DNA of 63,544 bases, the filler included, from Octopus bimaculoides (lineage: Eukaryota): the NCBI RefSeq assembly GCF_001194135.2. It is 7 parts of 6 records of this genome, joined end to end, with 100 filler letters (N's around TTAATTAATTAA, not from the genome) between each part and the next. Parts side by side here need not be neighbours in the genome. Positions count along the whole stretch, not along the records: positions 1 to 27,886 come from NC_068983.1; positions 27,987 to 43,486 come from NC_068990.1; 5 more parts are not named here. One strand, given 5' to 3'. The position numbers and the translations under genes are program-made. A model generated the notes under the pieces. That model did no database searches and was not told where the DNA came from. It worked only from the letters and a program-made list of their open reading frames with translations. Shown here one piece after another: positions 24,872 through 36,925 of the stretch (positions are counted from its first letter, which is position 1; each line of letters begins with the position of its first letter).

Positions 24872-26696
24872 TTTGTATAGTGACCAGCCTGCCTATATCA
24901 CGCTAACCATTATTTCGAACTAGTGAAATACCTTGGCTTCCGATGCTAACTATTTGGAGACACATATGCACACTTCCAGTTCCCCGTTGTTTCTCTGTCT
25001 CATGTTGTATCTATACGAACAGGCACACCCACAGACCCACACACACATATTATCTATCTGTCTATCTATATGTATATATGGGGCATGAGGAGGTGTATAT
25101 AGTCATCTGGTCTCTGTTATTCAAGCCTAAATATCGATCTGCTTCTTTGAATAATGATATGTTCTGCTCTAGACATTGAAAGTTGCCAGTCTGCGCAAGA
25201 AAAACACTCCCACCTCACTCATGCTGTCCAAGAAGTACGCCACATTTTGAAGGCTTGGCAGCTCGTCATTATAGTCATTACTAACATTGCTGATAGAATT
25301 AAAAGGACATTTCTTTTGAACCCAAATATATATGCTATTTCTCCTCACACGAGTGACACCCTTATTGTAACCGTATTTGAAATTACAGCTTCAAACGTCA
25401 GAGCCAAAATGATGAAGAATCTTATGTAACTAATAATTTTAAGACATCTTGATATTTCTATCAATAACTTCTCAGTTGATAGATTAATAGTGTGTATATA
25501 TCAGTCTCTTGTGTCACAACTAGGAGATTCAGACATTCAGTAACACACACACACATATGCGTATACAGTCCTGGAGATATAAATATGTGCGTGTGTGTGA
25601 CGGTGTTTTTCACAAGAATATTAAACAGAGGACCGATTAATCGATTTGGTTAGATATCTAACCACTTGTCTAACAATAAAGAAGCAGTAATAAAGCAGTG
25701 GGTGTGTTATTTTTATTGGCGTAATGAACCTCCCAATACACAGCGAGATTAGTTTTAACACGCGAGCTCTCATTAATATCTTACAAATATTTATGTATGT
25801 TTGTATGCATTATGTATATATGCATATACGTATATATGTATACACACACACACACACACACATATNNNNNNNNNNNNNNNNNNNNNNNNNNNNNNNNNNN
25901 NNNNNNNNNNNNNNNNNNNNNNNNNNNNNNNNNNNNNNNNNNNNNNNNNNNNNNNNNNNNNNNNNNNNNNNNNNNNNNNNNNNNNNNNNNNNNNNNNNNN
26001 NNNNNNNNNNNNNNNNNNNNNNNNNNNNNNNNNNNNNNNNNNNNNNNNNNNNNNNNNNNNNNNNNNNNNNNNNNNNNNNNNNNNNNNNNNNNNNNNNNNN
26101 NNNNNNNNNNNNNNNNNNNNNNNNNNNNNNNNNNNNNNNNNNNNNNNNNNNNNNNNNNNNNNNNNNNNNNNNNNNNNNNNNNNNNNNNNNNNNNNNNNNN
26201 NNNNNNNNNNNNNNNNNNNNNNNNNNNNNNNNNNNNNNNNNNNNNNNNNNNNNNNNNNNNNNNNNNNNNNNNNNNNNNNNNNNNNNNNNNNNNNNNNNNN
26301 NNNNNNNNNNNNNNNNNNNNNNNNNNNNNNNNNNNNNNNNNNNNNNNNNNNNNNNNNNNNNNNNNNNNNNNNNNNNNNNNNNNNNNNNNNNNNNNNNNNN
26401 NNNNNNNNNNNNNNNNNNNNNNNNNNNNNNNNNNNNNNNNNNNNNNNNNNNNNNNNNNNNNNNNNNNNNNNNNNNNNNNNNNNNNNNNNNNNNNNNNNNN
26501 NNNNNNNNNNNNNNNNNNNNNNNNNNNNNNNNNNNNNNNNNNNNNNNNNNNNNNNNNNNNNNNNNNNNNNNNNNNNNNNNNNNNNNNNNNNNNNNNNNNN
26601 NNNNNNNNNNNNNNNNNNNNNNNNNNNNNNNNNNNNNNNNNNNNNNNNNNNNNNNNNNNNNNNNNNNNNNNNNNNNNNNNNNNNNNNNNNNNNNNN

Positions 26697-26729
<33 letters not shown>

Positions 26730-27313
26730 TTGGCATTCAGAAAAATTCCCCGGCATGAGCACTCACGTACACACACGCACCCCCTCCCCACCATATGTAT
26801 CCATATATACCTACTCAAAGATATATAAATACTCACATACGTCCCATCGCACTAATACCGTAAGTCATGTAAAACGACCATTAGATATAGACAGCAGCTT
26901 TCCTTCGCTGTATGGTCTGAAAGCTGTTTCACAACCTAACTTCCTGTCGTATTTTCACCTTTGAAGATTATAATTATCAGCGTCTCCTCAAATCAAATAA
27001 CTCTATAGCCATTGCCTTTGCAGACGATATTTCATTGGTATATTGCATCCGAATCAATTGCAAGTATACAGTCACAGATACGCACGCACACATACACACA
27101 TACACACACAGGCATACACACATATACACATGTGCACACAAACATATACAGACATATTTAAGACATTTACACGCACTCACAAAACAACGCCACATATATA
27201 CTCGAACACACACACGCACACACACACAAATTTATGCACATCCAAAGAAACACACCAAACACACACCGCAACACTCACTAGCACAACCATACATGTACTT
27301 CATGATGAAGATT

Positions 27314-27525
27314 GTGAGCTGGCATAAGCGCTAGCTCGCCGGGTGCAATGCTTAGATGTATTTCGTCTGTCTTTACGTTCTGAGTTCAAATTCCGCCGAG
27401 GTTGATTTGCTTTTTATCCTTTCGGGGTCGATAAATTTAGTACTAGTTGTGTGCTGGGGTCGATCTAATCGACTGGTCCCCTCCCCCAAAATTTTGGGCT
27501 TGGTGCCTAGAGTAGAAAATAATAT
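27314..27525 (+). mobile_element. SINE family B
   Basis: gagctggca..ttctgagttcaaattccgccgagg..atcctttcggggtcgataaa..ttgtgcctagagtagaaa; matches 48668-48880. Confidence 0.92.
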
Positions 27526-27986
27526 TACGGATTCCTCGTCAGTTTCTATGCAGTTGTTCGATCAGCTATCAGCCTACTCGTGGCTGTGTATTCCGTAGAC
27601 GCATATAACATCTTTTTTTCTGGTTGAATCAATATGACAAAATGTGTGAACATTTATTCATCAAATTACAAGTAACACCCATCCGAAGATCCTCGTTCAG
27701 TTTGTTGTTAATTATACTTTTATGGGTAAAGGGAGGGAATTAGGTTACTTATACATATATAAATCAATTTTTGTTCTCACGCATAAACAGCAACTGTATA
27801 TGATACTCACTCTCTACCAGGAATCGATGCACACAACGAGAACATCTCTCTCTACTAACCAACTGTTTCATTGCAAGTGTACACTANNNNNNNNNNNNNN
27901 NNNNNNNNNNNNNNNNNNNNNNNNNNNNNNTTAATTAATTAANNNNNNNNNNNNNNNNNNNNNNNNNNNNNNNNNNNNNNNNNNNN

Positions 27987-28049
<63 letters not shown>

Positions 28050-28084
28050 TCTCTCTTTCTTTCTTTCTAAATCATATCATTGTA

Positions 28085-28460
28085 ACCATAATCTACACTC
28101 CTGAAGGCGCATCTCTGCAAAATTTCTTTAAAAAAAAAACGAAAACAAAAAATTTTACGAAAGTCATGGGGATGATGCAGGAATGAACCTGAAACTCGCC
28201 TAAAACGAATTTTCTTTTGTTCTAAGTTTTATCAACACTACCCTAGTCTACAGCCTGGAATATGCCTCTGTGCAAAATAAATATTAATTTTTTAGAAAGT
28301 TATGAGGTAACAAAGTCAAGAGAGAATGATTCGAACCCCCACCTCCAACGAAAAATGTTTTTTCGAAACTTAATATAATCATAATCTACATCCTCGAATG
28401 TGTATCTCAACAAATTTTCATTAAAAAAAATGCATTTCTGATAAAGTTACGAGGAATCCA
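28085..28460. repeat. Three degenerate ~65-bp direct repeats at ~150-bp spacing, probably DNA-transposon subterminal repeats
   Basis: Unit taatctac..gaa..(t)atctct..caaaattt..aaagtta(t/c)g occurs at ~28088, ~28244 and ~28381, and again at ~36962. Confidence 0.55.
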
Positions 28461-29254
28461 AGTTGGGTGGGGGCAGCACCAGTCTGTAGTGATACCAAAA
28501 CAACTCGGCCTCAGAAGGTAACAAACCACTTGGGTATTTATAGCAGTTAGATGCACCTCGTCATTGGTTGGTATTTAAAACTTGGCTTAGGTTAGGCCAG
28601 GACCTCAGGAATGAAGTCTCTTCATCAGATGTGAAGATGGCAAGATATAAAATAATCTCGCACCTCAACCCGCGAACAGTAGCCGTCTCCGCCAGCATTT
28701 AGACGTTCGGTCTATCCTAACCAACCAGCTACGGTTCAATTCTCGAGTTAAGAAGCTTTAAAGAACCAATACAAAAACAAACAAAAGAAGTTGTAAATAC
28801 GAGTGAGTGAACAAACGAAAGCAGCATTCAACACATTTGGTAGGAGTTGCTTCTTGGCATACAATAAGATGGACGTGTCTTACGCACCCATGAAACTTCG
28901 AGTTATGTGGAGCTGAGTCAAATTGTGTTACATATATAATGAACAATATGCGGATTAGGATGCAGCAAACGGTTCAACATTAAACTACTATACTCCACGC
29001 AATACGTATCCAATCATGATATTGGAGGATTGGCTAAAATGCTAAGTCTGATCCACATAATAGAATGAGGAACGTAGAAAATATTACTTTATGCTTTAAT
29101 ACATTCATGTTTGAATGAGCCAACAGCATACCTCTTAAGAATCTCGACAATACGTTATTTCCCTAGACATCCGTAATGCACAGAATGTTCGTCCCTTTGA
29201 GTCACCTACGCAATTTTACAGCTGCACGTGTATCTATGTGCATATCCTTTATCT

Positions 29255-29780
29255 TTTACTTGTTTCAGTCATTATACTACGGCCATGCTGGGGTACCGCC
29301 TTGAAGAATTTTAGTAAAACGAATCGACCGCGGTACTTTTTCTATTGGTCTCTTTTGCCGAACCGTTAATTTGTACGGGTGGTGACAGCACCAGTCTGTA
29401 TGTGTGTGTGTGGTGTTTGTCCTCCACCACAATACTGGTTGTTAAGCGGTGGTGGACAACCACACACACACACATTACTGTTTGCGTTTACGTTTAGTTA
29501 TAATAAAAACAATTTCACATTAATCTGATGGGTTACTCTGTACTTTTGTAGAGCACAAAGTGCTTATTCTTATGCAAGAATATCGTTGACAGTTACTTCG
29601 AAGTTTCGACCACCTACATACACGACGGGCTTCTTTCGGTTTCCGTCAACCAAATCCACTCACGAAACTTTGGTCGGTCTGAGGTTATAGTAGAAGACAC
29701 TTGCCCAAGGTTCCACAGAGTGGCACTGGACCCAGAACTAAGTGATTGGGAAGCAAGCTTCTTACCACACAGCCACGCCT
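29255..29780 (-). mobile_element. SINE family C tail (29255-29480, rearranged) and head (29620-29780)
   Basis: Both modules match the other family C copies. Confidence 0.85.
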
Positions 29781-30348
29781 ATGAATATTTATGTGTGTGT
29801 GTGTGTGTGCGTGCGTGTGTGTGTGTGTGCGTGTATGTGTGCGTGTGTGCGTGTGTGTGCATGCGTGCGAGTGTGTAGCGAACTAATAGTTACAAAAGGA
29901 TAATATATTTCAATCCATAAATAGAGCTAATAATGAACTTTTCTCGATGTTTTCGACGTATATTTATTCCTGTTTTAGAGCTGTGTGTGAAGTGTGTGTG
30001 TGTGTGTGTGTGTGTNNNNNNNNNNNNNNNNNNNNNNNNNNNNNNNNNNNNNNNNNNNNNNNNNNNNNNNNNNNNNNNNNNNNNNNNNNNNNNNNNNNNN
30101 NNNNNNNNNNNNNNNNNNNNNNNNNNNNNNNNNNNNNNNNNNNNNNNNNNNNNNNNNNNNNNNNNNNNNNNNNNNNNNNNNNNNNNNNNNNNNNNNNNNN
30201 NNNNNNNNNNNNNNNNNNNNNNNNNNNNNNNNNNNNNNNNNNNNNNNNNNNNNNNNNNNNNNNNNNNNNNNNNNNNNNNNNNNNNNNNNNNNNNNNNNNN
30301 NNNNNNNNNNNNNNNNNNNNNNNNNNNNNNNNNNNNNNNNNNNNNNNN

Positions 30349-30391
<43 letters not shown>

Positions 30392-31800
30392 TTAGATAGT
30401 TGGTGGTAGGTGGAGAGGTGTTCTGATAAATTTAGCGGCCGGGTATAATTGGAAGGGTGGCAGATTGCTATCGGGGTAGATCCTGTGGGTAGGGGTGACT
30501 GGCTGATGAAAATGCAACGGGTGGGTGTGACAAAAGTATGAATATGTATGTGTGCGTGAGTATGTATGTGCGCGTCTACATGTAAATGTGTGTGGGTGTG
30601 TATATATATGTGTGTGTGTGAGTGTCTACATGTGTATGTCTGTTCGTATGTATGTAGATATGTACATATATATGCATGTACGTACTCATGTGTGTATGTA
30701 TATTTGTATGCACATATGTGTATATATACACGCATGTTTTATGTATATGAGAATATAAATATATAAAGATGTGTATGTATGAATGCATGTATTTATATAT
30801 GTACCTGTATACGTATGTACTTAAGCTTGTTATGTTTATACACACGCATAAACACACACACACATACACACATACATGCACACACATAGAACGAAAAGCC
30901 GGGTGCGTAGTTGGATCAATGTATTCCTATCTACAGAATACACTTATCAATGAGACGACCATGACAGTTAAGACCTTTGTTAAACGCCATTTTGCAATAA
31001 AATCTGTTCCGATTGGAGTTTCGGGGGATCAAATGTTATCAACAACGATGTTATCTTTCATTACAGCGAGGACCAATGGAAAAAAAAATAAATAAATAAA
31101 ATGCGGGACTTGGATTCATTCGTCGCCTAGCTTATCATAATGTTTGCATCCATCTCAGTACGCCACTAGTTTCTCATTTTATCGACCCTGGAAGAACAAA
31201 AGACAAAATTGACCCTAAAGATCCCGAACAACTATTACAAAACACAGCTCTAACGACTTTGCCATTTGTACCAATTCCTCTACAAAGTGATTCCATCCTC
31301 CCGGTTAAAAGAAGTTAAATGTGAGAAAGAAAACAAGGAAAGGAGATAGTCCTGACTTCAACGAAGCAGCTGAGTTTGTACTGAGTTTTAAAGTCCTGCT
31401 TCTCTTATCGATAAAAATGGTGATAGAATTGGGACGCCGTTAACCCAGTCACAACGTATTCCCGTTACAATCGGAATAGATTAAACGTCGTCTCTGCCGG
31501 ATTCCCGGTAAGGTGGTAATGAACAGCATACATAGAAAAGAAGATGCAGTCCATAAGCTTGCCTGCAGTCGTTACTCTTGATCTGTATATGTAACTATTT
31601 ATTTATTGCTCAGAAGCCCAGACGGAGAGTAAAGACTGGAGCCCAAGTCTGGGCAGATTAAGCAAGTATCACAAGTATTTCCGCTGATTACTGTTCAGGG
31701 CGGCGCAAAGAGAGACTTGCAAAGAGACTTTCAGTTGTTTGCTTCTCATCTCCTTTCTTGTTTGAATATTTTGGGAAATTACACGAAGAATGTGAAAAAC

Positions 31801-32262
31801 TGCGCACAAAGATTTGATTATAGATGTGAAATAAAAATGAAGAAATTATGCAACACACGAATGTTCTCTCTAAGCTGTGCACTTGTGCACGCGCACACAG
31901 AGGAAAATGTGTGCCTAAGTAGTTTGAAGACCTGTGCAATTGTTTCTTTCCCACTGCCTTCGTTGCTGTTTGGGTGTTTTGTAAATGTACTCAAAAATGC
32001 GAAAAATTACATTGGAAGGTTTCATAAAGACATGAGTCAAAAATAATAAAATTATCCAAGAAACACAGGTGTGTTCTGCAAGCTGTGCGCACGTACATGT
32101 TTTACAACTGTTGCACAAAAGGGGAAAATGTGCGCACACAAGGCTTTTCAAGATGAAATCGAATTTTTATCTGAAGAAATTCGAGCAATGGTTATTCGCA
32201 TGGCTGCGCACATACTTTGCAAAGAAAAACAAAATTTGCACACACTGCAAAATTCTGCGCCC
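31801..32262. promoter_or_regulatory. Cluster of seven metal response element cores (TGCRCNC)
   Basis: TGCGCAC 31801, TGCACGC 31886, GTGCGCAC 32085 (both strands), GTGCGCAC 32130 (both strands), TGCGCAC 32205, TGCACAC 32237, TGCGCCC 32256. GC box GGGCGG at 31698-31703. Confidence 0.6.
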
Positions 32263-32677
32263 CACACGCACAGTAAAAGATTAAAAAGAAACATTACATT
32301 AGACTGTATTTTCTTAAATCGAGCAGATCTGAATTACTAGGATGGAGTGGGGAATCAGTCAACAGTCAGTCACTCCACTTTAGTCAAATAACTATCATTT
32401 CTCAGTAACGTAGAATGTTAAGTGTCTGAAAGCCAGGAAGATGGGTGGAATATTGTGCGTAAAAGCGTCAAGTCATAAGCAGAAAATAAACACACTCACT
32501 CGTATACGCACAAACACACATGCAGGAATAAACACACACGTACACAGCATATTATATACATAATCCGAAACGCAACACATTTTTTCACACTATAAACTTT
32601 CAGATCCACTCAACAGCGTTGCACCAATCACACTCACTACAGCACACACACAATGATACGCGCCCACAACACTGAGC

Positions 32678-32824
32678 TTTTTAAAGTTATCTCTACAGGA
32701 TTTTCTATAGAAATTAGAGCTAGCACTCAACTGTTGCGACGTTTCGTATACGAATATGTCTAATGTTTACAAATCAATGCTGGCTCTAATTTCCATAGAA
32801 AATCTTTAGAGATAACTTCAAAAA
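32678..32824. repeat. ~50-bp imperfect inverted repeat with ~45-nt spacer (MITE-like hairpin)
   Basis: Left arm tttttaaagttatctctacaggattttctatagaaattagagctagca aligns with the reverse complement of the right arm, tttttgaagttatctctaaagattttctatggaaattagagccagca. Confidence 0.85.
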
Positions 32825-34104
32825 CTGATTTAATAGCACTACGGACACAGGTGAGGCACAGTGTTCACTTAAGTCATTTTATCTCTTTATTNNNNNNNNN
32901 NNNNNNNNNNNNNNNNNNNNNNNNNNNNNNNNNNNNNNNNNNNNNNNNNNNNNNNNNNNNNNNNNNNNNNNNNNNNNNNNNNNNNNNNNNNNNNNNNNNN
33001 NNNNNNNNNNNNNNNNNNNNNNNNNNNNNNNNNNNNNNNNNNNNNNNNNNNNNNNNNNNNNNNNNNNNNNNNNNNNNNNNNNNNNNNNNNNNNNNNNNNN
33101 NNNNNNNNNNNNNNNNNNNNNNNNNNNNNNNNNNNNNNNNNNNNNNNNNNNNNNNNNNNNNNNNNNNNNNNNNNNNNNNNNNNNNNNNNNNNNNNNNNNN
33201 NNNNNNNNNNNNNNNNNNNNNNNNNAACAACAACAAGAACAGCAACTTTAGCAACCCTCGACACACCTACACCTCCTCCACCACCAGGTACATTCCAGAG
33301 CAGAAACGCAACACTACACCGCCCCCCACACACACACCACTCTAACCCGCAATACACCCACCCACACACTCTCTCTCCGTCACCGATAGCCCCCCCCCAT
33401 ATATGTATATATATATCGCTATTACACACACACACAAACAAACAGAGCACGTGCACAAGGGCAGCCATAATAATAACATCCACCACACACACATATATAT
33501 ACATATAGGCACACAAGCTCATAAATACGCACAAACACACACATACATGCACACAAGCCAACAAACACACACATACTCGCACACAGGACGCTACAAATTT
33601 CACTTATATAAAGATATATTTATATCCAACTGTTGACCTCACCGAAAACACACACACACACTCACAGACTTCCATTTACAGACACTTATATATCATTCCA
33701 GTTTCTTTTTTATCTTTCTCTTTCATTTGTTTGCATATTTTCAGTCTTAATTCAAAAAGATTCTAAATTCCTCTTTCACTCTCTCATTTCTTCTGCCCAT
33801 TTTAATTTTTTTCTTTCGACTCTGATTATGTCTTCCCCTTCAATTTCTAAAGCACACACACACACACACACACTTTTTATTCAAAAGCTATTACATATTT
33901 GTACAAGCATGCATTAAACAACACGGCACAGTAAATCTAACGAGAGTTTAATTAACTCGTAATGCGGCGATCGAGTTCTACTGTGTGCAAGGCCCATGTC
34001 ATGATGACAGAGAAGACCTGGTTACAATTCTGTCACAGCCATCTGCAAACATGATCTCGAAAATGAAAGTGTTTGATATCATATAAACACAGCTGCAACG
34101 TATA

Positions 34105-34138
<34 letters not shown>

Positions 34139-34153
34139 ATATCTGTCTATCTA

Positions 34154-34208
<55 letters not shown>

Positions 34209-35055
34209 ATATTTATGTATGTATGCTTGTATATCAAAGTAAGAGAGAGGTGAGAGGGAGAGAGAGAGAGAGAATTTACGGAAAATTCTTAAATTCTTCA
34301 TTTGAGATATGTGGGAAGATAAATTCAGTCAGTTTATCCCGTGAAGCGTACATCTATTTCTAAGTGCAATTTGATTGAAGATTGTAGCGTGTAAACAGTA
34401 CGCAGCCGTCTGATATACAAGAGGTATATAGTTCGACTCCCATAAACGGCTGTTAACATTTTTCTTACGTCGTAAGCTTATTATCTTTGGATCATATCAT
34501 TAAAATAAACCCCACATACATACATACACACACAACCATATATACACATACATATTTCTTTTTTATAATAAAAGATTTTGTATGCACCAAAGTATGTCGT
34601 GACACTTTTGACTGTTCTTAATGTAGTCATACATCACGCTTTATCGCTAAACACTCTAAATATCTACACAACAAATGCAGTAAAACAAGTGCGAACACAA
34701 CATTACTACATATATTGTAGACTCATTAATACACAGATTTATAAAAACAGAAGCAATCACATGTAATCATAAATACATAAAATATTACGGACTACACCTG
34801 TATTACACGGTGACTTAACTTCATCAATTGATTGTAAACGTTGCTTTGATTGCTTTTATTTTCATGTTTTTTCTTTTCATCTACTTCCTCAGACCAAATG
34901 GCGAAGGCAGTGAGAGATGAAAAAGAAAACAGAAACAAAAAGATGTATAGAACGTCAGAATGTGAGTTTAAACCAGCGGTTCTCAACTGGACCCTTAGGG
35001 TCCCATATAAGATTTTGTTGTTAAAATTTATCTGCAAATAAATTGGTTATATTTC

Positions 35056-35438
35056 TTGTTGGCACTCCGTCGCTTACGACGACGAGGGTTCCAGTTGATC
35101 CGATCAACGGAACAGCCTGCTCGTGAAATTAACGTGCAAGTGGCTGAGCACTCCACAGACACGTGTACCCTTAACGTAGTTCTCGGGGATATTCAGCGTG
35201 ACACAGTGTGACAAGGCTGACCCTTTGAATTACAGGCACAACAGAAACAGGCAGTAAGAGTGAGAGAAAGAGGTGGTGAATGAGTACAGCAGGGTTCGCC
35301 ACCATCCCCTGCCGGAGCTTCGTGGAGCTTTAGGTGTTTTCGCTCAATAAACACTCACAACGCCCGGTCTGGGAATCGAAACCGCAATCCTACGACCGCG
35401 AGTCCGCTGCCTTAACCACTGGGCCATTGCACCTCCAC
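35056..35438 (-). mobile_element. Full-length SINE family A with 12-bp target site duplication
   Basis: GGTTATATTTCT occurs at 35045-35056 and 35439-35450; the body matches 15211-15587. Confidence 0.96.
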
Positions 35439-36519
35439 GGTTATATTTCTACTATACACAAAATGTTTTAGCAGTTTCTTTTTTTTTATACAATCCTAAT
35501 AATATTTAATTATAAAAATATAATTGTTTTTTTTTAAATGTTAAGCGGTAGTTCAGTTCATTAGGGTGGAGCGTTGGGTGTCTGACTTCAGAATTAGTAG
35601 TGGACAACATTATTTTTCTAAAAGAGAAACAATACAGTTTTTTTTTAATAGCTAAATTCATATGCACCGATAACAGTAACAAAACCAAAAGCGGGCATCG
35701 TGAATAAGCCTGCTCTTGTGTGTGTGTATTATTAAATGCAGACGTATAGCGTTTGCGTTACTTATGTTCCATTAAGTGTATCCTATGTACAACCAGAAAG
35801 CTAAACACACACACACATAGCAGTGTGTAGGTGGATATATTTTAGGAACATAAATAAACGTGTAAAATGAAAGCGTATGCGTATAGTTTGTGTGTATTTA
35901 TATATAGGTTTTGTAGGACAAACAGGATAAACAGAACTTAATGCATGCATGTGTGCGTGCACGCGCGCGTGTTTATAATTCTTAATCGGTAGAAGTTACA
36001 AGGAAACTCTCGTCCTTTGAGTCGCATTCTACGTTTGAAAATACACACACACACGCATGCACGCACAGACACACACACATACTATTGTTTACGTTGTATA
36101 AATTACATGCAATTATGCAGCCGTCTTTCTTGTCAGTGAAGTCTATCAAAGTTTGCTCTTTACTCCTCAATATGATTGTCTGCTGACATGGTAAAAAAAA
36201 AAATAGCATCTAATTTCTCTCAAAATGCAACCTACCATCTTAAGAATAGAAAGGACACATTGAACAATGTAGAAACATTGTAGGTCAAGGCAGCAACGGT
36301 TTACATCATGTTTTCGCTATCAGATTTGACCTGCAGCTAAACAAATTATATTGCAGAAATGGGTACAATCGCTGTTGGCATAAATACAGTTTAGTACCCC
36401 AACCCAGCCAATCGACCTTGTAACTTTCTGAAAAGTGCATACTTTTTAATGAAATTTTGTAGCGATACACTTTCGAGTGTGTANNNNNNNNNNTCATATT
36501 GATAACACTAAACAAAATT

Positions 36520-36925
36520 TTTGAAGGAGTTTTTAATCGTTCTCCCCAACTCCCGAAATTGTTTCCTTGTACCTCTCTTTAAAATACATATTTTTAAATG
36601 GCATTTCGCAGTAATACGTTTTTGAAGATGTAGATTACAGTTTTATTGAGAAAATTTAATAAAAAAATTTATTAATTTCCGCTCCTTTTCCTTTCCTCCT
36701 GCCTCGACGATGTTACCACTAATTTCTATAAACTTAACATTTCTTCTTTCTTTTCAGATTGCTATGCTTAAAATATGCAAGGTTTTATAATTTGTGCTCT
36801 CTAAAACGTATTTCTGCAAAATGTCATTTAAACATATGCGTTTAAAAGAGAATTAACAAAGCTAAAATGTTAAAAAGAGGAAGTAAATTCGGGAGGGGAT
36901 GAAAATTACACAAAACTTCTTCAAA
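36520..36925. mobile_element. Foldback/MITE-like element with ~110-130-bp imperfect terminal inverted repeats
   Basis: 36520-36627 (tttgaaggagtttt..ctcccgaaatt..aaatggcatttcgcagtaatacgtttt) pairs with 36797-36925 (aaaacgtatttctgcaaaatgtcattt..aattcgggag..aaaacttcttcaaa). Confidence 0.7.

Noticed and set aside
25724-26964. Long ORFs of 300-400 aa here and at 44890-46092, 47063-47967, 51958-53181 and 61126-62035
   Set aside because: Open only because N codons and dinucleotide repeats contain no stops.
27931-27942. TTAATTAATTAA embedded in N-runs (also 43531, 46523, 53393, 60002, 62410)
   Set aside because: Identical 12-mer centred in ~100-bp gaps with stops in all six frames: a scaffolding spacer, not biology.
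31595-31620. Partial similarity to miR-315/miR-137; also a miR-2-like stretch at ~4350
   Set aside because: Seeds do not match and there is no precursor hairpin.
31717-32340. Cys/His-rich ORFs over the MRE cluster, possible metallothionein
   Set aside because: The C-A-H/C-A-Q residues come from TGCGCAC/TGTGCAC motifs; there is no CxC/CxxC metallothionein pattern.
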